The notes under the pieces: model-generated
The model's input: only the letters and a program-made list of their open reading frames with translations
Databases searched by the model: none
What the model was told of the DNA's origin: nothing
Shown: one piece after another, positions 36,641 to 49,500 of the stretch
How positions within the stretch are numbered: position 1 is the stretch's first letter
Layout of the letters: every line of letters begins with the position of its first letter
Program-made: the position numbers and the translations under genes
Source: Girardia tigrina
Taxonomy: Eukaryota
Assembly (NCBI GenBank): GCA_001938485.1
Contig: MQRK01231274.1
Coordinates: forward strand, 9,981-73,980
DNA length: 64,000 nucleotides
Reading direction: 5' to 3'

Positions 36641-37529
36641 AACAACAATCTTTTGGGAGTGTGGTCAGTGCACATAAATACTGAAACTTAAGATACTGAA
36701 ATCTTAATACTGATAAATTGATTTTTAAAATACTGAGAAATCAATTTAAAATATACTGAGAGTTTTATTTTTTTTACTGAGCCAAAAAAATAGTCGTGAT
36801 GCTTAATTTCAAGCAATAAAATTACTAACAAATATTTTTAAAGAATCTTTCGATGCCAAATTGATTCGAATAATTCGATAAAATTTATCAATCCATCAAA
36901 ACGAATAGATTTTTGTTAATGATTGTCCTGAGAACAATTCAACTAGTAATATTATTTAAAATATAAGAAATATATTTATATTCTTAATAGAAGTTTATCT
37001 AAATTTTTTTTTAATATTTTATTAATAACTTCTTTATTTATTAAATTCCCAAATAAAATTCGTTGTAATTTTCGTCTTTCATAATTTTCGTCATTAGTTT
37101 TCATAAACCATTTTCAGTTACATATTATTTGTCGCTATACGATTTGATACATAAGAAATGGTTTTATTTGAAATCAAATTTAATATTTTGCTTTCGATTG
37201 GTGTTAAATGAGCACGTGAAAGAGTTTTTGTGAATCCGTTTGTGTCAACGTATACAGACGGCACCCGTGAAACATTCAATCTATCAATAAAATTGATTGA
37301 ATATGCACACACAGACGATTGGCAAATGCACAGTGCAGCACACGACACACTGTGCCAACTGACATTGTCAAGCACAGTTCAACGGACAACTGAAACTGCT
37401 GATTATCTGTATTAAAATAGAGTTAATCAATCGGAGCACATTACTTTTTTTGACTCAGTGTTGATTGTTCTGCCTTTTGCATAGTTTGATCGAAAACGAA
37501 ATATTCATTATTCACAAATTGAGTAAGCC

Positions 37530-40500
37530 ATGTCTCGGTTGGTCGTTATGGAAGGATGGATTAAGCAAAAAGTTAAAGATGTGAGTTCGATTTTATTACA
37601 TTGATGTAACGTTAAGATGAGATTTGGTATAATAATTCTTGAAATTAAAATAACAAAATTTATATATTAAATAGTAAAATTTGATCTTTTTTAAAAAATT
37701 TTAAAATATATTTAGATTATGAAAATATTAAATTAAAATTGAATATTTTTTTGATTATTTAAATTAATTTTGAGAAAATTTTTATTTTTTTATATTTCTT
37801 ATTATTTATTAATTTTATTTGTAAAATATTTTAATTTTAATTCGATTTATTTCAAATAATATCAATCTGTTTTTACTGTATATTAATACTCAATAATAAT
37901 TTCAAAGGAAATAATAATTTTTTATTTTGTATTAAATTTATCTAAATGATAAAATGATTATTAAAAATGATAGAAAGATGTCCGTAATTTATTTTGTTAC
38001 TTACGTACATTGTGTATTAACGCCACCGCAGCAAAAAATAGTTAAATACGCTAATACAAACCTAAAATTTTGGCAACAAAACATAGAATAGAAAACTTTA
38101 TTTAAAAAACTGTTATTTATAAAAATTAGTCGATCGGATTTCGGTGGAAAATGGGCCGATATAGAATTTAACATAGATTTTAAACGGTCTCTATTTTTTT
38201 ACACATGATGCTTTCGCCATATGAACTCTTATAAATAAGATTCTGAAGATCTCTCGCAGTCCCCCATGTTTCGTGTTCCTCCATTTGACATTGTCCTACG
38301 TTCTCTCAACTATTTGTCTATAAACTCCTGTATCAGGATTAATACAATTGTATTTATGATTAACCTTAGCATGTATGAATCCTTCTATTACTGTTCTATT
38401 TTTTGGTAACCTTTCCAATTTTCAGAATAAACTGTGCTGCCATATGCATTGTTTTCAATAATTTTATCAAGAATGGTAGAGTCAATTCTATTAAGAACAA
38501 GATTAATAGATTTTTTGCTACGGTGGCGTTAACACGTAAGTACCGTTATAAATTTATTTTATATCTTTTTAAATGGTGATAAATTAATGTTCACGATACT
38601 TGAAGTTAGGTGGCACTTGTACATTTACAAACTTCTCTTTCTCAAGACTCTCTATTCTGTTGTGATTTTAAATTTATTTCCTATAACTATCACTTAAATA
38701 TCCCAAAGAAACTTTTACTAACAAATCATCTGCTTTTGAATGTATACATAATAAAATAAAATAATTAAATGCATTCTTACTTCAACCTTACATAAAGTAA
38801 ATTATTTGTTATCAGACACTACAACAATCTAATTAATTCAAAAAATTGGAAAAGTAAAGTATCCTCAATAATAAACTAATTTATAAAAAATAATACAGAA
38901 AAATATTAAAATTTTCATCCAGTAAAATTAATCATGAAATTGTTTCTTTATTCTTTTATGTATTGTATTTCTCTTAAAAAGTAAAATAATTAATTTCTGA
39001 GAATCGAAACATGTGCAACAAAAATTTTTTAAAATATGATTTGCAAATATTTATTCAAATAATATCTTATTATATAATAATATCCAATATATATTATTCT
39101 TGTTTTATACACCTTACAAACATTAGTTTTTTATACTTTATAAATTCTCATGACATTAATTAACTTTAACTTATATCATAATCATACAATATATATCATA
39201 ACTAATAAAAATAATATTTTTAATAAACGATTATTTTACGTAATATAATTTTTAATATTGCTTAGAATCGTTAAACCAAACTTGAAACTCTTTATACAGT
39301 ATAAATGTATGTTGATGTCATTTATATAATTTAACCTTATACTTTTTTGTCTGAATTATTTATTTCTATATCCTCAATTTTTTATTGCTATAATTGCATA
39401 AAAATATGAAGCATGAACAACACTAAGTTTAATTTACAAATCTTATCTTATAAAAGCCCAAGTCACTCACTGCTTGCCTCACAGCCTCACTAACGCTGTA
39501 AGGTAAATTTTTGAAATGATTTTATAATCAATAAAGAAATGATTGTATATTAATAAATAAATATTAGACTGATATTAGAATGAATGCGATTTTTGTAACC
39601 GTNNNNNNNNNNNNNNNNNNNNNNNNNNNNNNNNNNNNNNNNNNNNNNNNNNTGTCTCGAGATATGATTTTCAAACTTTGCATTAAACAGAAATAAAAAC
39701 TTTTGTTATACGATTTTTTATACTCGAAACACTGAAATTTTCAATAAAAATGCTTTCAGAAAAAAAGTCGCTTGATCTAATAACATTGAACCCCCGGCAA
39801 GAGAGGGCCGCGAAGCGGGCCGAGCGCGCTAGTACAAAAATAAACAAGAAGTTTATTTTATTTCAAAAAGTGCTAAAAGTTTTTAGTTTTTCCTTGCTGA
39901 ATCTGCAAATGATTGTAAAATGGGCGAATCTGCACTGAATAACTCTGATTATCAGACTGTGAAATCTTACGAATGTCTTCAATAAAAGTTCTGGACTTTG
40001 AGTTCGCAAACAACGATACCTGAATTTTATCAAACTAAAAACTTAGTCGATTGCATTCAACTGAGCATAACAACGGGCAAAAAAACTTATTCCCAGAGGT
40101 TCTTGAAATTGAATATTTATTTCTTTTTAAGCAAATACATTGTCTTGAATTGATATTAAATGATATAAAAATGATTATATTAAATGATATATAATCATTG
40201 TAATTTATTTCCAGACATATAATAATAACTAATAAATTAGCAATATTGTGGTGGTTTTTAAAATTTTTTTCTCGATCAATTCTATATGGAGCATAAAATT
40301 TTCAAACATAATAAATCTTTTGAGGGGTCGGTTTGAATAGAAATTACGCTTGTAGTGGACACGTCCGAGTCGTCGTCATATTATGCGACTTATAAGTGAT
40401 ACATAATTATATTATATAGAAATTTTTCGTTTTTAAAAAATTTAAAACTTTTCATTTAGAGATGTTTTTGTAAAATAAGCAAATATAATAGAAATAAACA

Positions 40501-43500
40501 TGAGAGTCTTCCAGTAAAAGATGTGTTGATGCATGAGATATTTGTTTAGTAGAATTCCGATAGACCTACGTGAAAGTTAGAAATTCTGAAGAAAGGAAAT
40601 ACAAAATCAGTAATAAAAATTTTGATGCTCTGTTTTAGTTTACCTAATGAACCAATATAATGTCTTTATATATTTTTAGAACGGTTAAATCAAACTTGAA
40701 CTTTTCTAAAGTCAAAAATATACTATAGTCAGAAACAGTCATAGACGAATGGTTGATTCTGACTTTTATTGAAAGACATAGTTAAATTCTTATATCTTGT
40801 GCAAGGAAGAGTGTTGTCATTTACCTCATAAAGTGTTTCAATCTTCAAAAAATTTACTTCGTCGCATCTGTTGTCAAATTTGATTTTAAATTATTAATTT
40901 GACAAGTCGTCTCTGAATTAAAAATTAATTGATTATTTACTTTAGAGTATTCAAATATGATGATCGTTTCTTTTAATTCTTAGCAAACAAATGTTTACTG
41001 ATGTACCCTATGAAAACCATTGGCCTAGGAAACAGAAAGCCATTTATTTCATTATCATTTACTAACGTGGTGCCTTTAATAAGTACAAGACCTATGGTAA
41101 AAAAATGTAATAGCAAATTTTAGTTCTTTTTTAAGATTAAATCAATTAATATCCGATTTAATTGCAATAATAGATTTATTTTATCAAACGCAATAAATTC
41201 TCGCAATCTCCCCCTCCTTCTAAAAAAGCGTAACAAAATCTTAAACTCCCCTTCCTCCATAGATTTACGTAGTGATAGTTTTTATTGACCTCATATGGAC
41301 TTAGCCAATTACTCTTTTTCCAGTAGCATTCTTTGCTACTTTGAGTTTTACACATTTTTCTAAATGTTCAGGTGTTAGAAAACGTTTTTTAGACTTATTA
41401 TGGCTTTTACGAGAAAGAAAATTTGCTTACATGAATAAGTTGAACCAAAAGCCGAAAGAATAATCAAAATAAAATCATTTTTTTAAACAGATGAAAGATC
41501 ACTGGAGAGATATATTACATTTGTGTCCATATTTTTGAATATCTAAATTCAATCTTCTGCATTTCAAAATCACAAATGTCCATAGAACTAAAAAGTTCCA
41601 ATTGAATACTTGTCAAGTCATGCATGTCAGACTTAATGATGTATAAAAATAAGGTTTCATAAATGTGAAAGTCTTGAATCGAGCTTTTTTATGTGAAAGC
41701 AAGAAATGTATTTATTGTCGGCCACTAAGTAACTTTTAAAAATGAATGGATTTGTCAAAAGTTCTAAAATAATAGAAAAAAAGTAATTTTGCTTACATGT
41801 CACTAAGTGATAGAAGACTGTTAAATGTGAACAAAGGTACTTCTTCGATTTGTTTTTTAGACTATTGATAAATTCATTTATTTTTCAAAGCTATTTTGTG
41901 TTTGACGTACATAAATTTCTTGTTTTTACATAAATTAAATTCTATGAACCTCTGTGAAACGCTTTTAAAACGATTTCTGGGTCTTCTTTTATTTAACCTT
42001 TAATAACCTAGAGTTTCAATTTTGATACCAATCTTTTAAACCGAATGTTCGCATTACTATTAGTTTTTTTTATAGGTTGGCTGTACGTATTTTACTGTTG
42101 TATAATATTCTTTCCAACGAAATTAAAAAAAATCAAATGTCATTATTGTTTTATTTTATCTCAAGCAAACATAGTAATATTAAAAATAAATCACTTTCGT
42201 AAATCAGGCTACTAAAGGTTAATGTGTAATTGTTTTTAGAAGAATCTCAGGATTTTATATTTACTAAACGCTTTATTGATAATTTAATTCACAAGATTTT
42301 GAAGCGTTTTCCCATTGATTTGATCGGCCTATTTAATTATAAAAGACATTGAATTAAACTTTCTATAAGTTAATAAATGATCGACAAAATTGTAATACTC
42401 GGAAATCCTTTATTGAGTTATAATTGTAAAATTAGAAAAAATAATTTAATACTTCTCAAAATCAAATTAAAAACTTTTGAAAAGTGAAAAAAGGAAGTGT
42501 TAATTAATATATGAGAATTTTCACTTAATGCATTCGCAAACATTTTAGAATATCAGTTTCATTTTTTTTCATTATTGATAGAAAATCAAACTTTTAAGTA
42601 GGAAACTAGTAAACCTTAATGGACCTGATGACTGCTCGAGTTTTCGTTCTCTCTATAAAGTAAATTTGATACACGGTTTAACCCGTCATAACCTTCAAAG
42701 GAGACGCAAAACTAAGGGTTATAACTGTACCATCCTCGAATATATTTCATATTATCAAGTTAAAAATTAATTATTCACAAAAATCTAGTTTTATTCAATA
42801 AAAAACATTTGAATTTTAAATTCAAATTTAAAATATTTTTATTTCAGGAATTTACTGAAGTTTACGTCGTTCTAACGGAAATGCAATTAAAAGTTTATAA
42901 GACGCAAATAATGTACAAAACACGTCCCAATGAGACAATAAAATGCCTCGATTTGTCAGATGCTTATAACATTTTGCCAATCACATTCAATAAGGATTTT
43001 CAATTCAGTATTTTCGTAAGTAGATCAAATTGTGTATTTCGTGTATCAAAACTTATTCATAGATATTTTCAAATATAATTTGATTCACAATGGCTACCGT
43101 GTTTTGTATTATTATGTAAATTGCATATATTAATTAACTGAATGAACAAAATGAAGAACGGTGTGGATTGTTTGTTTACTAATATCTTTGTTTACTGACG
43201 AATATTCATTAATATTAAACACAGAAACATCAGTCACGCAGACGCTCTTGTATTGAGTTATATTGATTATGACTCAGTTGGTTTTGATTGGTCGATTAGT
43301 TTTCATGGTTACAAAACGTCGTTTTTTCTACACTCGAATGAAGAGATCTTTTTTACATATTTTGAATGTTCTATTCTATTTAAACCAGAAATAATTAAAA
43401 TTTTTATTAAGATTTACTGTATGTTTATTAACATTTACTGTATGTTTATTAAAGTATTTTAAATTTATGATCTTTTTATACCATTTATTACCGGTTGTGA

Positions 43501-46500
43501 CTATTTCATCACGTTTCAAATTAAAATCTTTTGAGTTTAGAGATAAAAACATTTTTATAAGGAATAAGGTATTCTAGCAAAAAAGGGTTCCTTTATTTTT
43601 CAAGGAAAGATTTAGAATATCCATTTTGATTCATGGAATTTCGTTTATCAATACTGTTCAAAGATTTTATAAAATATATTCTGGAAATGCAAGGTTAATA
43701 TAATATAATCCAGTGGTCTTGAACCTCGAAGCATAGAGCATAGAATTACGTGTGAAAGTTGTGATTTATACTATTGACGAATAAACGCTGATTAAACTAT
43801 ATTTATAGTTTATTAAACTTTAATAATTTATGATTTTTATAATTTATTCATTATTGATAGATAAGATAATTTTTGATGCATTATCCATGCTTATTATCCA
43901 CAACATTTCCAAAAATTTGTTACCTTTGAAAGCGAAACAGTATCAAAATCCTAAATAAATTGAGAAATAAGTCGCCATGGAAAAAAGTTGAGAATTGCAC
44001 ATTATATTATAACCGTTAAAAATGACTATATATATTTTAATTATGTTTTGTTCATTTTTAAATTCAATCTTATTAGGTTGTTCGATATGAAACGGGTCAA
44101 ACTTCACACCTTACATTTCAATCGCGTATAACTTAACTTTGAACTATCGTATGAAAATAAATAAGGTATTTCTTGACAGATATANNNNNNNNNNNNNNNN
44201 NNNNNNNNNNNNNNNNNNNNNNNNNNNNNNNNNNNNNNNNNNNNNNNNNNNNNNNNNNNNNNNNNNNNNNNNNNNNNNNNNNNNNNNNNNNNNNNNNNNN
44301 NNNNNNNNNNNNNNNNNNNNNNNNNNNNNNNNNNNNNNNNNNNNNNNNNNNNNNNNNNNNNNNNNNNNNNNNNNNNNNNNNNNNNNNNNNNNNNNNNNNN
44401 NNNNNNNNNNNNNNNNNNNNNNNNNNNNNNNNNNNNNNNNNNNNNNNNNNNNNNNNNNNNNNNNNNNNNNNNNNNNNNNNNNNNNNNNNNNNNNNNNNNN
44501 NNNNNNNNNNNNNNNNNNNNNNNNNNNNNNNNNNNNNNNNNNNNNNNNNNNNNNNNNNNNNNNNNNNNNNNNNNNNNNNNNNNNNNNNNNNNNNNNNNNN
44601 NNNNNNNNNNNNNNNNNNNNNNNNNNNNNNNNNNNNNNNNNNNNNNNNNNNNNNNNNNNNNNNNNNNNNNNNNNNNNNNNNNNNNNNNNNNNNNNNNNNN
44701 NNNNNNNNNNNNNNNNNNNNNNNNNNNNNNNNNNNNNNNNNNNNNNNNNNNNNNNNNNNNNNNNNNNNNNNNNNNNNNNNNNNNNNNNNNNNNNNNNNNN
44801 NNNNNNNNNNNNNNNNNNNNNNNNNNNNNNNNNNNNNNNNNNNNNNNNNNNNNNNNNNNNNNNNNNNNNNNNNNNNNNNNNNNNNNNNNNNNNNNNNNNN
44901 NNNNNNNNNNNNNNNNNNNNNNNNNNNNNNNNNNNNNNNNNNNNNNNNNNNNNNNNNNNNNNNNNNNNNNNNNNNNNNNNNNNNNNNNNNNNTTTTATAC
45001 TAAAGGGTTAAATGTGTTACCATTGAAATGGCAACAGTGTGTTGACAACATGGGGGATATTTTGATTAAAAATAAAATGTTATTATTTAAAAAAAATCGA
45101 TTTACATTTTATTTTAATTTTGACCCGTTTCATATCGAACAACCTAATATTTTACTCTGTCACTGGAGTCTATTGAATAATATTCATGACAATGACATTT
45201 AAATATATCAGATTTATAAGATATATTTACATATGAAAGATCATGTGAAGGAAGCTATTACAAGTGTGCAGTATACTTATGTATAGAATATACATTAAGT
45301 AAACAGTACTTTTCGGTATCGAAATTCGAGAAAGCACTGTATCAACTGATGATTATTATATTACATGAAATCCAAGTCTATCTACCCCTGGAAAATTGGA
45401 ACGCTATTTCAGAGTGCATTATTACACAAAATATTTCCCAGCAACATAGGCTTTATAAAAATGAATTTTTGATAAGAGGAAATTTTATAATATTCATTCT
45501 CGCTTTTGATTACTTTACGAATCCATTTTCGTTCTGAAAGGATGTGAAATATCTGATTTGCATTCTTGAAATTTCTATCTTTAGTTCCAATATCCGAAGA
45601 TATCACCGTAAAATTTTCCGAGACTAAATATTTTTATTCGAATCATGTGAGGTTTTGGGGGTCTCTCATTTCAGACAACTAATTTCAACTATATTAAACA
45701 ATCCAGTGTTTCTTATTTTTCTATTTTGTAGGAACTGACATTGCTTCTTTTATCGTAATCATTAGACGAGACGCTGTATTATTGAATATTTAATCATATC
45801 TTACTGGATATTTAAAAGTCTCCAAATCATCTAAATAAGTCCAAATACACGTTACTACTTTTGTAATCACATTAGGTGTAGAGTGTTATACACTTCTTAT
45901 GTAGGCGAACAACTGCGCAAGTAACATTGATTATAGTGTTTATTATATTTTTTGTGTATAATATTAGGTTGGTCGAAAAATAATGGCGGTTTTGGGATAC
46001 AAACTTCAAAGAAGTGCAAATTCACAGAAATAAAAGTTTATTAATCAAAGTATGAACCGTTGGCATCAATACATTTTTGACAACGAGAAACAAGTTGTTT
46101 TATTCCATCAGCATAAAATGCATCGGTTCTCGAAGCGACGAATTCTTGGANNNNNNNNNNNNNNNNNNNNNNNNNNNNNNNNNNNNNNNNNNNNNNNNNN
46201 NNNNNNNNNNNNNNNNNNNNNNNNNNNNNNNNNNNNNNNNNNNNNNNNNNNNNNNNNNNNNNNNNNNNNNNNNNNNNNNNNNNNNNNNNNNNNNNNNNNN
46301 NNNNNNNNNNNNNNNNNNNNNNNNNNNNNNNNNNNNNNNNNNNNNNNNNNNNNNNNNNNNNNNNNNNNNNNNNNNNNNNNNNNNNNNNNNNNNNNNNNNN
46401 NNNNNNNNNNNNNNNNNNNNNNNNNNNNNNNNNNNNNNNNNNNNNNNNNNNNNNNNNNNNNNNNNNNNNNNNNNNNNNNNNNNNNNNNNNNNNNNNNNNN

Positions 46501-49500
46501 NNNNNNNNNNNNNNNNNNNNNNNNNNNNNNNNNNNNNNNNNNNNNNNNNNNNNNNNNNNNNNNNNNNNNNNNNNNNNNNNNNNNNNNNNNNNNNNNNNNN
46601 NNNNNNNNNNNNNNNNNNNNNNNNNNNNNNNNNNNNNNNNNNNNNNNNNNNNNNNNNNNNNNNNNNNNNNNAGCGTCGGTTCTTTTGATTTTCATTCAAA
46701 TAATGTGGAACCCATTTATCAAGTTTCTTGATTTTTCCAAGTTGTTTTAAATGATCCAGGACTGTTGAATGACTAATGCCCAACCCATCTTCCAGTTCTC
46801 TGATTGTTGTACGGGGATCTGTTTCCACCATTGTCCTCAAATTGTCGTTGTTCACAGAAACTGGACGACCACGACCTTCTTCATCTTCAAGGTTTTCATC
46901 TCCATCAGAAAATTTTCGGTACCATCGTTGCACTGTGCGCTCAGAGGCTGTTCCCTTACCAAATGCTTTTTTGATATTGCGAGCCGTTTCTGCTGCTTTA
47001 CGACCCAGTTTAAATTCGTACAAGAATTTTGCTCGAATTTTAATTTTTTTCCATCATTAATTTAGCACTGTAAATATTCTAAAAAATAACAGCAATATGT
47101 TAATAATGGCTATAGGAATATACAGCTAGGCATAAGATTTCAAATAATATCTAACACTAATGCATTTAAACTTATATACATATCAAAGTAGATAAACAAA
47201 GTATAAAGCTCAAAAACCACCATTATTTTTCGACCAACCTAATATAAATTTCATTTAAAATTGTAAAACACGATTCTTGTCGGATATTTATTCAAAATCC
47301 CGTTGATATTGCCGTTATTGTCGCTATACCTCCCGGATATATTCAAAGTAACAATAACCTTCAAAAACCGTAAACATTAATCTTTGTCTTCGTCTCCAGT
47401 AATGATAGCAGATAAAACATGGGTTATTCATTGAAGTGTGTACTTATTGTTTGGGAGTTGTCTTTAAGTTATTCATATCAAAATGCTGATTTGATCTACT
47501 TTTGTTTTGTACATTTAATTAGCAAGATCAGTTAATTAAATGAAGATTGCAGAATATGGTTTAATTATATATTTTATTGCAATGGTTTTTTTAAGTGGCA
47601 TCAGTTTTATTTTGAAGTGGTTCTTCATTGAAGTATTTTATTGTTTCACGAAGAATGTCATTTATATATTTTATTGTTAGTTTTGCCAGTTGTCTGGATC
47701 AAGTATTGATTCTGTAAACGATGTTATTTTATTAAATTGGATATTTGGTTGATTCGCAGATCTATTTTATTGGTATAACTACATATATATCATTTGATTA
47801 CTTTCAAAAATTTTAATCATATTTTAATAATAAAGTATTACTTTCTGAGATTTTTATTAATGTTAACTAGGACATCATATCTGTAGTAGAAGGTTATAAT
47901 ACCTTAAGAATTGTAAAATGTTCTTCTTATTTTCCAATTTTCCTTTCAAAAAAGTAAATATATGTATTTATGGGAATCAGGTTTTATCATATTTACAACC
48001 AGATCATTTAAAATGTGATCAAATATTCGTTGTCTCCGGACGTCTGAAGTTACTTTATAGTCATTGATCTTCTTTAGATAGATGGATGTTCAAGAAAATG
48101 TTCTGAAAAGTCATAACTTCAAAAGGTAGTAGTAAAACTAAAGGATTGTAATGGAACAGAATGAATGGGTAAATATTTCAACACCACCTAATGAATACCA
48201 TAAACGAAATATTATTTGATTACTATGGAAAAATCTGATTTTATATTATAAATATTTATTTATTTCAGAAAAAAGGAGAGAAGGCCCAGGACCGATTGTT
48301 TTTGCAAGCCGCATCGCAAATTGATTATGATAGTTGGGTTAATAATATTGAGAGTATTATTACTTCTAAAAGTAAAAGGACTGAGGTTGTATTGTATTTT
48401 ATTTATTTATTAAATTTATATTCTATCATGTAGTCTAATAAAGTGACTGATGACAAAAAGACGAACGATTCCAAAGGTTCTCCAAGTCCAACCGTTAAGA
48501 TTACTGAAGAAAAAAGGACGAACGATTCTAAAGTTACTCCAAGTCCAACAGTTAAAAGCCCTCCGTATAGATCTTCATTTAAAATTGTAATCATTAATTT
48601 GAATAATATAATTACTTTTTATGAATAATTATTTTAATTGGAATCATTACAGTGCCGTGTATATATATATTTAATATATCTATCTGTATCTATGTAAAAC
48701 ACGTCTTTTATCTTAAAACACAAATTATCTTAATGATTATTAGTTTTGTCTTTTAAGAGGATGACACGAAAAACATTTCCTATCAAAATTCTAGTTGACA
48801 TATACTCACACAAGACTTTTCGAAAGGTAATTTCGTATCACTGACTTCTTATTTTTGTGATCCAACTTTGGTTTTTTTTAAAAAAATAAAGATAACTGGT
48901 GTTGTCATAATGGGCTATGTTAAAAGCACTGGTACAATTACAATGCAAACATTTAATAATATCACATTCATAGTCACAACAACTCTCGGAAATTCTTTCA
49001 CCATTTGTCATCTTTCTGAATTTTTAATAATAATTATTCGAAGAAATTTCCTAATTTTCAGTAACATTAATTTTTAATTTAATTTTAAAATATTTTATAT
49101 AATTATAAAAATAATTAAACTAATTTAAGAAAAATTTTCAAATCTCTAAAAAATATTAAACTGGATTTATCGTGCATAATTGTTAAAGAAGACTGCTGAC
49201 TAATTTTGACCCCTTTTTCTATGAAACGAATATATACCTATGTATTGGATGTTGTGCCTTGGTTGACACCATGAAAGTTCATTGTCACAATTACATGAAT
49301 TTTTTATCGGCAATTATACATCTAATTTATGGCGGCTGGTGATGATTTTCCTTTTCTGACTTAGGGATGGAATAAATCCACTTCTCATCTGTAGCAACAA
49401 CCCTTCCGTTCAGCTTCTTCAAAATTTTCTGCGCACCTTTTACTTGTGCTCTCTTCTGACTTTCATGCTTTCATTTAAGGTATGAGCTTCTTCAAAATTT

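Noticed and set aside
44139-46750. Long ORFs in the track (also 57908-58789)
   Set aside because: They are artefacts of N gaps.
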